This document shows, piece by piece, positions 50,120 through 62,900 of a DNA stretch of 64,000 nt. The DNA comes from Anaeramoeba ignava BMAN. Lineage: Eukaryota; Protista; Anaeramoebae. Position 1 is the first letter of the stretch. The number at the start of each line of letters is the position of its first letter. The position numbers and the translations under genes are program-made. The notes beneath the pieces are model-generated. The model worked only from the letters and a program-made list of their open reading frames with translations, did no database searches and was not told where the DNA came from. The stretch spans positions 1 through 64,000 of the forward strand of contig JAPDFW010000083.1 in NCBI GenBank assembly GCA_028826165.1, given 5' to 3'.

Positions 50120-53100
50120 ATGGGAATTCAATATGGAAATGATTTGGTTCGATGTCCTTCTGGTGCAAAATTTCTAAATTATCCAACTCTTGTTATAATG
50201 TCAATCATAACTGCAATATTATCTGGTGTTTTGGTTTATATTATTTTTAAAAAATATCGATTTTTTATTCTTTTATCAAAAAGAGTTGAAGTTCAAACTA
50301 TAACAACAACTGGTTGGACTCTTTTTTTTGTTTGCATTTTTATCAGGTATTTTCATAAAAATATCAATTTCAATATCAATTTTAATATCAATATCAATTT
50401 TAATATCAATTTTAATATCAATATCAATTTTAATATCAATTTTAATATCAATATCAATATCAATATTAATATCAATTTCGAAATCAATTTTAATATCAAT
50501 TTTGAAATCAATATCAATATCAATATTAATATCAATTTTAATATCAATTTTAATATCAATTTTAATATCAATTTTAATATCAATTTTAATATCAATATTA
50601 ATATCAATTTTAATATCAATTTTAATATCAATTTTAATATTAATTTTAATATCAATTTTAATATCAATATCAATTTTAATATCAATTTTAATATTAATTT
50701 TAATATCAATTTTAATATCAATATCAATTTTAATATCAATTTTAATATCAATATCAATATCAATTTTAATTTCAATTTTAATTTTAATATTAATTTTAAT
50801 ATTAATTTTAATATCAATTTTAATATCAATATCAATATCAATTTTAATATAAATTTTAATATTAATTTTAATTTCAATTTTAATATTAATTTTAATATTA
50901 ATTTTAATATCAATTTTAATATCAATATCAATATCAATTTTAATATAAATTTTAATATTAATTTTAATATCAATTTTAATATCAATTTTAATATCAATTT
51001 TAATATTAATTTTTAATATCAATTTTAATATCAATATCAATTTTGTATCAATTTTAATATCAATTTTAATATCAATTTTAATATCAATATCAATATCAAT
51101 ATCAATTTTAATATAAATTTTAATATCAATATCAATTTTTAATATCAATTTTAATATCAATTTTAATTTCAATTTTTAATATCAATTTCAATATCAATAT
51201 CAATATCAATTTTAATATCAATTTTTAATATCAATTTTTAATATCAATTTTAATATCAATTTTAATATCAATATCAATATCAATATCAATATCAATATCA
51301 ATATCAATATCAATATCAATTTTAATATCAATTTTAATATCAATTTTAATATCAATTTTTAATATCAATTTTAATATTAATTTTAATATCAATTTTAATT
51401 TCAATTTTAATATCAATTTTAATATCAATATCAATATCAATTTTAATATCAATTTTAATATCAATTTTAATATTAAATTTTAATATCAATTTTAATATCA
51501 ATATCAATTTTAATATCAATTTTAATATCAATTTTAATATCAATTTTAATATCAATATCAATTTTAATATCAATTTTAATTTCAATTTTAATATCAATTT
51601 TAATATCAATTTTAATATCAATATCAATATCAATTTTAATATCAATATCAATATCAATATCAATTTTAATATCAATTTTAATATCAATTTTTAATATCAA
51701 TTTTAATATCAATATCAATATCAATTTTAATATCAATTTTAATATCAATTTTAATATCAATTTTAATATCAATTTTAATATCAATTTTAATATCAATATC
51801 AATATCAATTTTAATATCAATTTTAATATCAATATCAATATCAATTTTAATATCAATTTTAATATCAATTTTAATATCAATATCAATATCAATATCAATA
51901 TAAATATTAATATCAATTTTAATATCAATATCAATATCAATTTTAATATTAATTTTAATATCAATTTTAATATCAATTTTAATATCAATTTTAATATCAA
52001 TATCAATTTTAATATCAATATCAATTTTAATATCAATTTTAATATTAATTTTAATATCAATTTCAATATCAACATCAAAAATTAAATTTAAAATCAATTT
52101 CAAAAATTAAAATTAAAGAGAAGTTTTTGAAGCAATTAGATCTGGAATTTCAAATAATGAAGAACGTAAAATTGATGCTGTTATATTCTTCTTTTCACTT
52201 GCTTTTGTTACAGCAAGAATAACAATTCTTTCTTTTAGTTTGTATTATAATTATGTTCAATCAAATGATTCTTTGAGATTAGATGAAGATGATGAAAACT
52301 ATTATGATAAAGTTTCAGAAATTACACCTATTAATCAACAAAATAATAACCAATATCAAAAATCAGGAACAAAATTTTTAATTATTTTAATGATTTTATT
52401 AGTAATATTTTTTGTATTACTATATGTTAAGATTTAGTAAGCTATTTAAAATTAAAATTAAAATTAAAATTAAAATTTAAATTAAAATTAAAATTAAAAT
52501 TTAAATTAAAATTAAAATTAAAATTTAAATTAAAATTAAAATTAAAATTTAAATTAAAATTAAAATTAAAATTTAAATTAAAATTAAAATTAATATTAAA
52601 ATTAAAATTAAAATTAAAATTAAAATTAAAATTAAAAATTTAAATTAAAATTGAAATTAAAATTAAAATTAATATTATAATTAATATTATAATTAAAATT
52701 AAAATTAATATTTAAAATTAAAATCAAAATTAAAATTAAAATTAAAATTAAAATTTAAATTAAAATTAAAATTAAAATTAAAATTAAAATTAAAATTAAA
52801 ATTAAAATTAAAAATTAAAATTAAAATTAAAATTAAAATTAAAATTAAAATTAAAAATTAAAATTAAAAATTAATATTAAAATTAAAATTAAAATTAAAA
52901 TTTAAATTAAAAATTAAAATTAATATTAAAATTAAAATTAAAATTAAAAATTAAAATTAAAATTAAAATTTAAAATTAAAATTAAAAATTAAAATTAAAA
53001 ATTAAAATTAAAATTAATATTAAAATTAAAATTAAAATTAAAATTAAAATTAAAATTAAAATTAAAATTAAAATTAAAATTAAAAATTAAAATTAAAATT

Positions 53101-53778
53101 TAAAATTAAAATTAAAATTAAAAATTAAAATTAAAATTAAAATTAAAATTAAAATTAAAATTCATTTTGAAAATTAATATTAAAATTAAAATTAAAATTA
53201 AAATTAAAATTAATATTAAAATTAAAATTAAAATTAAAATTAAAATTAAAATTAATATTAATATTAATATTAAAATTAAAATTAAAATTAAAATTAAAAT
53301 TAATATTAAAATTAAAATTAATATTAAAATTAAAATTAAAATTATAATTAAAATTAAAATTAAAATTAAAATTAAAATTAATATTTAAAATTAAAATTAT
53401 AAATTAAAATTAAAATAAAGTTATCCATCAAGTACTCCAATTCTTGTATTACTAATAATTGCATTTGCATTCCAAGAAGCACCAGCAGTATTACTCTCAA
53501 TTCTTATTATTATTAAAAAAAGAAATGCAGTGAATATTTCTTCAAAAATATTTTTGGGAATTGCAGTAGTTTTTCAAGTTCTTCATGATATTACTTCAAC
53601 AGTTTTAATTGATGTTATGCCAGATGGTTGTCCTTTTTATATTGGCTCTTGGGTCAACTTTTTTTCTTTATTATACATTGGATCTTTGGTTTTATATTTT
53701 CTATTCATTCGAATGGAATTTTTCCGTAATCAAAGAGTTATTATTTTTAGCAAAATTAATTCAGAAGATTTGGATTAA
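50120..53778 (+). CDS. Seven-transmembrane (GPCR-like) protein, 300 aa, 3 exons
   Basis: Exons 50120-50346, 52119-52436, 53421-53778 (both introns phase 2) give one frame with seven hydrophobic segments and an acidic loop between TM3 and TM4. Confidence 0.7.
50347..52118 (+). repeat. 1772-nt intron of AATATC / AATTTT hexamers
   Basis: GTATTT donor, TTAAAG acceptor; source of the INFNIN, IDIKID and LILK ORFs. Confidence 0.9.
52437..53420 (+). repeat. 984-nt intron of (AAAATT)n
   Basis: GTAAGC donor, ATAAAG acceptor. Confidence 0.88.
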
Positions 53779-54019
53779 AAAAAGAAATCAAAATTTAAAT
53801 CAAAATTGCAAGTAGTTTGTTTTTGAGGAATTTTAACTTTTTTCTTTTCTTTTCTTTTTTCCTTTTTTCTTTTCTTTTTTTTAATTGACAAAATTCCTTT
53901 AAAATAATTCATTTTTGAAAAAGAAAAAAAGAAAAGAGGCAACAAAACTTTTTTCAACTTCAACAAATTTTTGCAAGTTGATAATAAAATATTAAGAAAA
54001 ACTCAAAACAAAAAACCAA

Positions 54020-54830
54020 TTTTTTATTTAATTAAAAATATAAAATAATTTAGAATAGATTTAAATTTAAGTATTTAAATAAAATTGATTTAAATAATAT
54101 TTTTAAATAAATTAAAAATAAAAAATAAATAAAAATTAATTTTATTCCACTTTTTTATTTAATTAAAATATTTAATTAAAAATATAAAATAATTTAGAAT
54201 AGATTTAAATTTAAATATTTAAATAAAATTGATTTAAATTATATTTTTAAAATAAATTAAAAATAAAAAATAAATAAAAATTAACTTTATTCCACTTTTT
54301 TATTTAATTAAAATATTTAATTAAAAATATAAAATAATTTAGAATAGGTTTAAATTTAAATATTTAAATAAAATTATTTTAAATTATATTTTTAAAATAA
54401 ATTAAAAATAAAAATAAATAAAAATTAATTTTATTCCACTTTTTATTTAATTAAAATATTTGATTAAAAATATAAAATAATCTAGAATATATTTAAATTT
54501 AAGTATTTAAATAAAATTAATTTAAATAATATTTTTAAAATAAATTAAAAATAAAAATAAATAAAAATTAACTTTATTCCACTTTTTATTTAATTAAAAT
54601 ATTTAATTAAAAATATAAAATAATTTAGAATAGGTTTAAATTAAAATATTTAAATAAAATTATTTTAAATTATATTTTTAAAATAAATTAAAAATAAAAA
54701 TAAATAAAAATTAATTTTATTCCACTTTTTTTTATTTAATTAAAATATTTGATTAAAAATATAAAATAATCTAGAATATATTTAAATTTAAGTATTTAAA
54801 TAAACTTAATTTAAATAATATTTTTAAAGA
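54020..54830. repeat. Intergenic tandem array of about 144-bp units, about 5.5 copies
   Basis: Landmark TTATTCCAC ends at 54150, 54295, 54439, 54582, 54725 (spacing 143-145). Confidence 0.92.
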
Positions 54831-55027
54831 AAAATTGAAATTAATAATATTTTATATATATAATTTTTTTTATTTAAATATAAATTATTATTTATATAAA
54901 AAAATATTAAAATAAAAAATAAACTTGCCCCCGAAAATTTTAAATAAAAAAAAAATAAAAATAAAAAAAAGAAAAAAATTTTTTTTTAATTTTTTTTTTT
55001 CATTTTTTTTGTTTACATTTCTTTAAA

Positions 55028-55168
55028 GTAAATTATAAATTTTAATAGAAAAGAATTATTTAAATGAATTACAAATTAAAAATTAAAATTAAAAATTAAA
55101 ATAAAAATTAAATTAAAAAATTAAAATTAAAATTAAAATAAAAAATTTAAATTAAAATTTAAATAAAG
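55028..55168 (+). other. Probable 5'UTR intron of RPLP2
   Basis: GTAAAT donor, (AAAATT)-rich body, ATAAAG acceptor 9 nt before the ATG. Confidence 0.5.
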
Positions 55169-55177
55169 AAACCCAAA

Positions 55178-55537
55178 ATGAAATATATAGCTGCCTATGT
55201 TCTTGCCGTTCTCGGAGGTAAAAAAACACCAACAGGAAAAGATATTACACAAATTTTAAAATCAGTAGGAATTGAAGTTGACAATGCAATGGTTGACAAA
55301 GTGGTAGCAAGTTTTAAAGGAAGAGACATTATTGATTTGATCCAAGAAGGAAGAACCAAAATGGCAGGCGTTCGATTGGGAGGAGGCGCACCTGCTAAAA
55401 CAACAACAACAACAACTGAAGAAATTAAAACAGAAGATAAAGAGGATGAAAAAGTTCCTTCTGATAAATCAGATAAATCAGCTCCAAAATCTGATTCATC
55501 TGGTGAAGGTGATATTGGTTTCGGTTTGTTTGACTAA
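55178..55537 (+). CDS. RPLP2: 60S acidic ribosomal protein P2
   Basis: MKYIAAYVLAVLGG..ILKSVGIEVD..; C-terminal DIGFGLFD. Confidence 0.96.
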   Translation: MKYIAAYVLAVLGGKKTPTGKDITQILKSVGIEVDNAMVDKVVASFKGRDIIDLIQEGRTKMAGVRLGGGAPAKTTTTTTEEIKTEDKEDEKVPSDKSDKSAPKSDSSGEGDIGFGLFD

Positions 55538-55827
55538 AAACCTTTCTTTTACTTTTTTTTCTTTTACTTTTTTTCTCTCATTCATTCTTTCTTTCTTTCT
55601 TTCAATCTTTTCTTTTCTTTTCTTTTTTTTGGATTCTTTTATGAAACTCTTTTCAAATTGATTTAGAATTGAAAGTTTTTTTTTTTTCTTTAAAAAAAAT
55701 CAAATAAACTTTTTTTCATCCTCTTTTTAAATTTTTTATTTAATTTTTTTTATTATTTTGAAAAGAAAAAAAAAGAGAATTGATAAGATAAGATAAGATA
55801 AGATAAGAAAAGATAAAATTGTTCATT

Positions 55828-58800
55828 TTAAAGATTCTTTGACATATAAGGACCATCAAGTTCTAAATAATTCAAAACAAAATTTAAAATCAATATCAAA
55901 ATCAAAATCAAAATCAAAATCAAAATTAAAATTAAAATTAATATTAAAATCAATATTAAAATTAAAATCAATATCAATATCAATATCAAATCAATATCAA
56001 AATCAATATCAAAATCAATATCAATATCAAATCAATATCAAAATCAATATCAAAATCAATATCAAAATTAATATTAATATCAATATAAATATCAATATCA
56101 ATATCAATATTAATATTAATATCAATATCAAAATCAATATCAAAATCAAAATCAAAATCAAAATCAATATCAAAATTTAAAATCAATATCAATATCAAAA
56201 TTTAAAATCAATATCAATATCAATATCAATATCAATATCAATATCAATATCAATATTAATATCAATATCAAAATCAAAATCAAAATCAATATCAAAATCA
56301 ATATCAAAATCAAAATCAAAATCAATATCAATATCAAAATCAATATCAAAATCAAAATCAAAATCAAAATCAAAATCAAAATCAATATCAAAATCAATAT
56401 CAATATCAATATCAATATCAATATCAATATCAATATCAATATCAATATCAATATCAATATCAAAATCAAAATCAAAATCAAAATCAATATCAAAATCAAT
56501 ATCAATATAAAAATCAATATCAATATCAATATTAATATCAAAATCAAAACCAATATAAATATCAATATAAAAATCAATATAAAAATCAATATTAAAATTA
56601 CCATATCCAAGTTTTCTGTAATAATGACGAGTTCCAATTGCAGAAATAACTGAAATTTTCTGAGAGCCATGCTCATCTCTTGCAATTCTTTCAGCTTCTT
56701 GCATCAATAACATCCCAATACCTTGATGTTGAAACTTACCTTTGTCTCTACCATGAACAGGAACAACACTTCCATAAACATGAAGCTCACGAACCATTGA
56801 AGAATTATTTTTCAATTCGGGCCTAAAATTAGAAGGAGAACACTTACGAAGTCTAAGCAAACCGACCAAGATATCTCTAAGGGGATCTTCATAAGCAAGG
56901 AAAGTTTCCCAACCATCATTACCAACATAATCTCTGCGAACAAGTTCCAGTTCTTCAGGATTAATTTTATGGTGAATTTGCTTGATTCCGACTTCGCGAG
57001 TTCGGACATCTCTGCACTCTCCTCCCATTTCTTTAACACGTTCTAACGCGACCTCACGAAGATTTGCCTGCTCAACCGCAGAGGAAGAAACAAGGGGCAT
57101 TGGGACATCTCTTTGGACGCGGAAGATTCTTGTCCAAGGGGGAACGATCATGAAGATTTCTGCGACCAAATCAATTAATTCTTGGGAATCATAAGTGCGG
57201 TATTTTTTCGCAGTCCACATTTTATACAGTTCTGTTCCGCGGATAACAAGTGTGGGGTACAGTTTCAATCCGTCTACTCTATACTGGGGATTTTCGAAGA
57301 GCTCGCGGAAGCACTCGATATCCCGTTCAAGATCCACTCTGGGAAGATTGGGCATCATATGGGCTATAACTTTGAATCCGGCTTCTTTGGAAAGATAAAA
57401 AGATTTTCGGGTAATGTTCATATCATGTCCGCGGTTGGTAAAAGCAAGGACATCATCGAAAATGGTTTGAACTCCGATCTCGAGTCTTGTGCAACCGTAC
57501 TCGAGCATGGAGTTAAGATGGGGTCGCATGCAGTAATCTGGGCGAGTTTCAATTGTTAGACCAACACATTTACGTGTGGATTGTTCTGAGAAGCGAATGG
57601 ATTCGGCGAGGGTTGATGAGTTGTGGCCTGAGAGAGCGTCGTGGAGATTTCTGATGAACCACTCCCTGTATTTTGTGTCCATAGACATGAATGTTCCTCC
57701 CATTACTATGAATTCCACTTTTGATATTGAATGTCCTATTGCTTGGAATTGATTCAGTCGATCCTTTGTCTGCACATATGGATCGTACCGCGCTCTTATT
57801 GCTCGCATGCTCGTTGGTTCAAATCCTGTGTATGATTGTGTTGAGTAATCGAAATCCGAGTCTGGTCCTCCTGGGCAATAAAGGCAAATATGTCCTGTTT
57901 TAACAATGTGTGGGCATCTGACTGGTTTGCACATTATTGCTACAACTGCAATCTTTTTGATTTAATTTTATATTGAATTAAATATTGAATATTGAGTTGA
58001 ATTGAATATTGAATTGAATATTGAATTGAATATTGAATTAAGTTGAATTGAATATTGAATATTGAATATTGAATTGAATATTGAATTAAATATTGAATTG
58101 AACATTGAATTGAATTGAATATTGAATTGAATATTGAATTGAATATTGAATATTGAATTAAATTGAATTGAATTGAATATTGAATATTAAATATTGAATA
58201 TTAAATATTAAATTGAATATTAAGTTGAATATTGAATATTGAATATTGAATTAAATATTGAATTAAATATTGAATTAAATATTGAACTGAATATTGAATT
58301 GAATATTGAAGTAAATATTGAATATTGAATATTGAATCAAATATTGAATATTAAATATTAAATTGAATATTGAATTGAATTGAATATTGGGTGAGAAATG
58401 AATATTGAATAATAAAATTGAATCATTGAATTGAAATATTGAATTAAATATTGTAAAATTAAATATTTGAAATTGAATTTGAATTGTGAAAATGAATTGT
58501 AAATTGAATTTTTAAATTGAAAATATTGAATTAGAATATTATTGAATTAAATTGAATATTGAATTAAATATTGAATTAAATTGAATATTGAAATATAAAT
58601 ATTGAATTGAATTGAATATTGAATAAATTGAATATTGAATTAAAAATATTGAATTGAAATTGAATATTGAATTAAATATTGAATGAATGAATATTGAATA
58701 TTAAATATTGAATTAAATATTGAATTGGTGAATATTAGAAATTGGAATTAAATATTGAATTGAATATTGAATTGAATTGAATATTGAATTGAATATTGAT

Positions 58801-59725
58801 TGAATTGAATTGAATTGAATTGAAATTGAATTGAATTGAATATTAAATATTAAATTGAATTAAATATGAAAATTAAAATATTGAATATTGAAATTGAATA
58901 TTGAATTAAATAAATTGAATTGAATATTGAATATTGAATATTGAAATTGAAATTGAAATTGAATATTGAATATTGAATATTGAATTGAATATTGAATTGA
59001 ATATTGAATTGAATATTGAAATTGAATGAATTGAATATATTGAATATTGAATGGAAATTGAATATTGAATATTGAAATTGAAATCAATTATGAATATTGA
59101 ATATTGAATTAAATGAATTGAAATATTGAATATTGAATTAAATATTGAAATATTGAATATTGAATATTAAATATTGAATTGAATTGAAATTTCTGAATTG
59201 AATATTAAATTAAATATTGAATTAAATTGAATATTGAATTAAATATTGAATTGAATTGAATATTGAATTAAATATTGAATTGAATATTAAAATGAATTTG
59301 TAAATAAATTTTTATATAAATTTTTAAATGAATTTTTAAATTAATTTTTATATTAATTTTTAAATTAATTTTTATATGAATTTTTAAATGAAATTTTAAA
59401 TGAATTTTTAAATTAATTTTTATATTAATTGTAAATAAATTTTTATATTAATTGTAAATAAAATCCTATTTACTCCAGATGCTGTCCGAACTGGCTTTTG
59501 CTTAATAATTGGTAAAAGACTCTTCTTATAACTTTCTGGAATAACAGCTATTATTTCTGCACTTTTTAAAACTCCAGGAAAATTTGTGGCTTTTGCACAC
59601 TCTTTCTTAATTAATTCAAAATCAATTGTTTCTCCTTCATCATATTCTTTAATAAGTCTTTTTACAACTTCTTGAACAGTTTTAAATTTAACATCTTTTT
59701 GTTTTCCTTTTTTAAATCTTTTCAT
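55828..59725 (-). CDS. ELP3: Elongator subunit 3 (radical SAM plus KAT), 3 exons, 545 aa
   Basis: Exons 59474-59725, 56602-57952, 55828-55862: [74 protein letters not shown]. Confidence 0.97.
55863..56601 (-). repeat. ELP3 intron 2 (739 nt), TGATAT / TGATTT hexamers
   Basis: GTAATT donor, ATTTAG acceptor; explains the false DIDFDI tail of the 579-aa ORF. Confidence 0.9.
57953..59473 (-). repeat. ELP3 intron 1 (1521 nt), CAATT / CAATATT words
   Basis: GTAAAT donor, AAAAAG acceptor. Confidence 0.88.
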
Positions 59726-59935
59726 TTTTATATTTATATTTATATTTATATTTTATTTTTATTTTTAATTATATTTTTTATTTTGAAAAAGAAAGAAAAG
59801 AAAAAAAATGATTTTTTTAATTTGATTTTTTTGTTTTTTTTTTTTTAATTCTTGTTTACTTTTTGAATCACAAAAAAAAATTTAAAAAAAAAAATTTCGT
59901 TTTGAAATCTTGTTTTGAAAAAAAAGAAAAAAAAA

Positions 59936-62900
59936 TTAAAACAACCGTGATTCAATCTCCTGAATTGATATTATTAAAGAACGATTTGTTCTTGCTATTT
60001 CTTGAATTTTTTTATCAAGTTCTTTTGATGTATCAATTTTTTGTTTATTAGATTCAAAATCTTTAGATAATTTTTGTTTCTGTTTTTCTAAATGAGTTAT
60101 TTTCGCTTTTGTATCAGACAAAGAAACAATCAACTTCTCAGTGAGTTGCTTTGCATTTTTTGATTCGACAGCAGAACTTTTTTGGGTGGTGTCTTGTTTT
60201 TCGTCAATATTTTGAGTATTTGATCTTGCATCTTGAGAAAATGATTGATGTCTTTGAAGAGTATTCAATCTTCCAAGATATTTTGTTCGAAATTTTTCCC
60301 GTAAATGAAATCTCGAGGTTTCGAATTGATTTTTCGACACTCTTTCTTCTTTTTGTTTAATCCGCAAACGAAGTTGCTCTTTCTCTTGGAATTCCATTCC
60401 TAGATCTCTTTGTTGCTTCTTGAGATTCTCATATTCCTTTTTCAAGTTTGCGTATTTTTCTTCGACTTCTGAATATTTTGTGGAAATTTTTTGGAAATCT
60501 TCCTCACTTTCTCCTGCCAACTTCTTCACGTTCGAAATGGCGTTAATTTTGACATTCAAAACCTTCGAAAGAGAATCGTAGTCTTCATGTAGTTGTTCAA
60601 TTTCTGTTTTTTGTTTTTCATATTGGTCTTTTATTGCCGAAAGATCGATTATTCCCTCGAAAATATCCTTCTTTTTGCTTTTTTTCTTTTTGCCCTGAAC
60701 AAATTCCTTGAGCTCCTCAATCACTTGTTTCAATAGCGCGAGTTCAGCATCATAATTAGAGACTGTTTCCTCGAGTTCTCGCGACATTGTTGTGTTGATT
60801 TTGTAGAAGTTTTGCGACTTCGATTGCTCCTTCTCGATTTCTTCATTCAAATTTTGGATATTCAAGTTGAGTATTCTTTCTTGTGAGCTCCATTTGCCTC
60901 GAATTTCAACGAGTTCTTCTTCGAGAATCTTAAGATTCTCTTCCTTTTCCAGATTCAATTTCGAATGTTTTTTAATATCCTCGAATTTTTGATCCAATTC
61001 ATGATCAAATTCCTCCTGTTGATTTTGGAGTTGTGATTTGAGCTGGTCGTTTTCTTGCTGTAATTTGCTTGACTCCTTCTTATATCGCTTGACATTTTCT
61101 TCCTCTTGTGATTTGAACTCGTTGTTTTCTTGAATCACCTTGCTCAAAAGAGAATCTTGTTCCTCAATCATTTCTTGTATTTTTTCTGTTTGAGTTTGGA
61201 ACTCCTCAATCTCCTTTATGCTCTCCTCCATTTTCTGGTGCTTTTCTTGCAGCTCCTGGACATACGGATTCATCGTATTCAGCTCCATATTCTCAATCAC
61301 ATCCAAATTGCCTGTGTTTTTATTCTCGATGAATTCCCGAATTTTCTTGATTTGCTCCTCTTTCTCTTGAATTTCCTCTTGAAGCTGCTTTTTTTCCGTT
61401 GAATCTCTTGTTTTCCCAAGTGTTTCAAGCACTTTTTCCTGCTCTTCTTCCAATTCATCAAATTTTCTCTGCGAATCCTTTCTTTCTTGCTCAACTTTCT
61501 CTAATTGCTGCTTCTTCATTGCTTCCAACTGCGAGATTTTCTCTTGAAGCTCGTTTTTTGTTTCCTCCATTTTTCCCAATTGCTCCTTCAATTTCTCAAC
61601 CTTCTCCTGGATTTCTTGATTTTCCTTTGAAATCCCATCTTTTTTACTTTTGATTTTTTGGAGTTGAATCAAAGAATTGGCTTCTTGGTTATTCTTCTTT
61701 GATTCAAGATCCTGTTTCAATTCTTCCACTGTTTTTTGGAGGAATTTTGTTTCTTCCTCAATTTCCTTTTTCTGGTCTTGATATTTTGTCTTGATTTGCA
61801 GCGACTCTTCATCGTGTTTCTGGTTGATTTTTTCCTTTTGCTTAATTTGCTCTTGATATTTTCGATCAAGACCTATAATTTGCTTTGAATAATACTGTCT
61901 ATTATCAGACAAAAGTTGATTTTTCGAATCAACTTCTTTCTTCAAAAATTCAAGCTCTTCTTCTAATTGTTTGATTACTGGATCTTTTTCTATTGGTTCT
62001 TTAACTGGCATAATTTCTACAACTTCAATAAAAGATGTTTCGTCAAATCGTACTGATCGATCCTTTGTTTTCTTCTTCGGTTTTTTCAGATTCTCAATTT
62101 CTTGTCGAAGCTCCTTTTCTTCTTCTTGTGAGAGCTTCAGTTCGTTGTATAATTCAACTATTTTTTCTTCTTGTTGTTTTTCAATTTTTTTCAGTTTTTG
62201 GTGAAGTTTTTTGCCCATTTTTTTATGTGGTTCTTGTTCGTTTGAAATATTAGTTAATCGCGAGAATGGCGATATTAATTTACGAGGAGATAATTGATTT
62301 TTTGTTTTTGATATTTCTTGAATTTTTTGAGGAATTTCTTTCAACTATAATTTTAATAATTTTAAATAAATATTAAATAATTTTAATAATTTTAAAAATA
62401 TTTATATTCATTACTTCATCAATAGTCACAAATTTACTATAAAACTCCGCTAAATAAACTAATATTGATTTTTCATCTATTTTTTTTCGCATTAAATCCC
62501 CTCTTTCAATAATTGCAGGGATTCCAAATAATTTCCCAAGCTCAAAAGCATGAGTAAGAGTTTTTTTGGGTTGATTCTATTTGGTTATTATTTTAATAAA
62601 TTTTGGTTTTTTTTTTTTTAGAATTTTTTTTTTATTCAACAGAATATTAACAAAAAAATTCAAAAAGAATTTTTGTGATCACTAACTTCTTCCAATATAA
62701 CTTGTTCAACTAAACCAGATTTATGACCATCAATAATGCCACAAAAAGCACGACCATCTAAAAAACTAAACGGTTTACAAATATAAAAAAATTTTGTTTT
62801 TTTTTTAAATAATAATAATAATAATAAAAATCAAGTATAAAATTTATTCATAAAATTTAAAATATAAAATTATAAAACAAACCCAACAGAAATATCAGAA

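Noticed and set aside
54020-54830. Possible CRISPR array or tandem ncRNA genes
   Set aside because: Whole units repeat with no unique spacers, no cas genes, eukaryotic context, and no tRNA/5S-like sequence
3810-59087. Many ORFs of dipeptide-like repeats (IKIKIK, LILILI, FDFDFD, INNF, MNFNFK, NTKL)
   Set aside because: They are stop-free readings of intronic repeats or antisense/off-frame readings of coding microsatellites; the flanking exons splice across them into conserved proteins
55828-59725. Inteins or other insertions in ELP3, GSK3 or ferlin
   Set aside because: Spliced lengths match or are shorter than family norms, and no Hint-domain terminal motifs were seen
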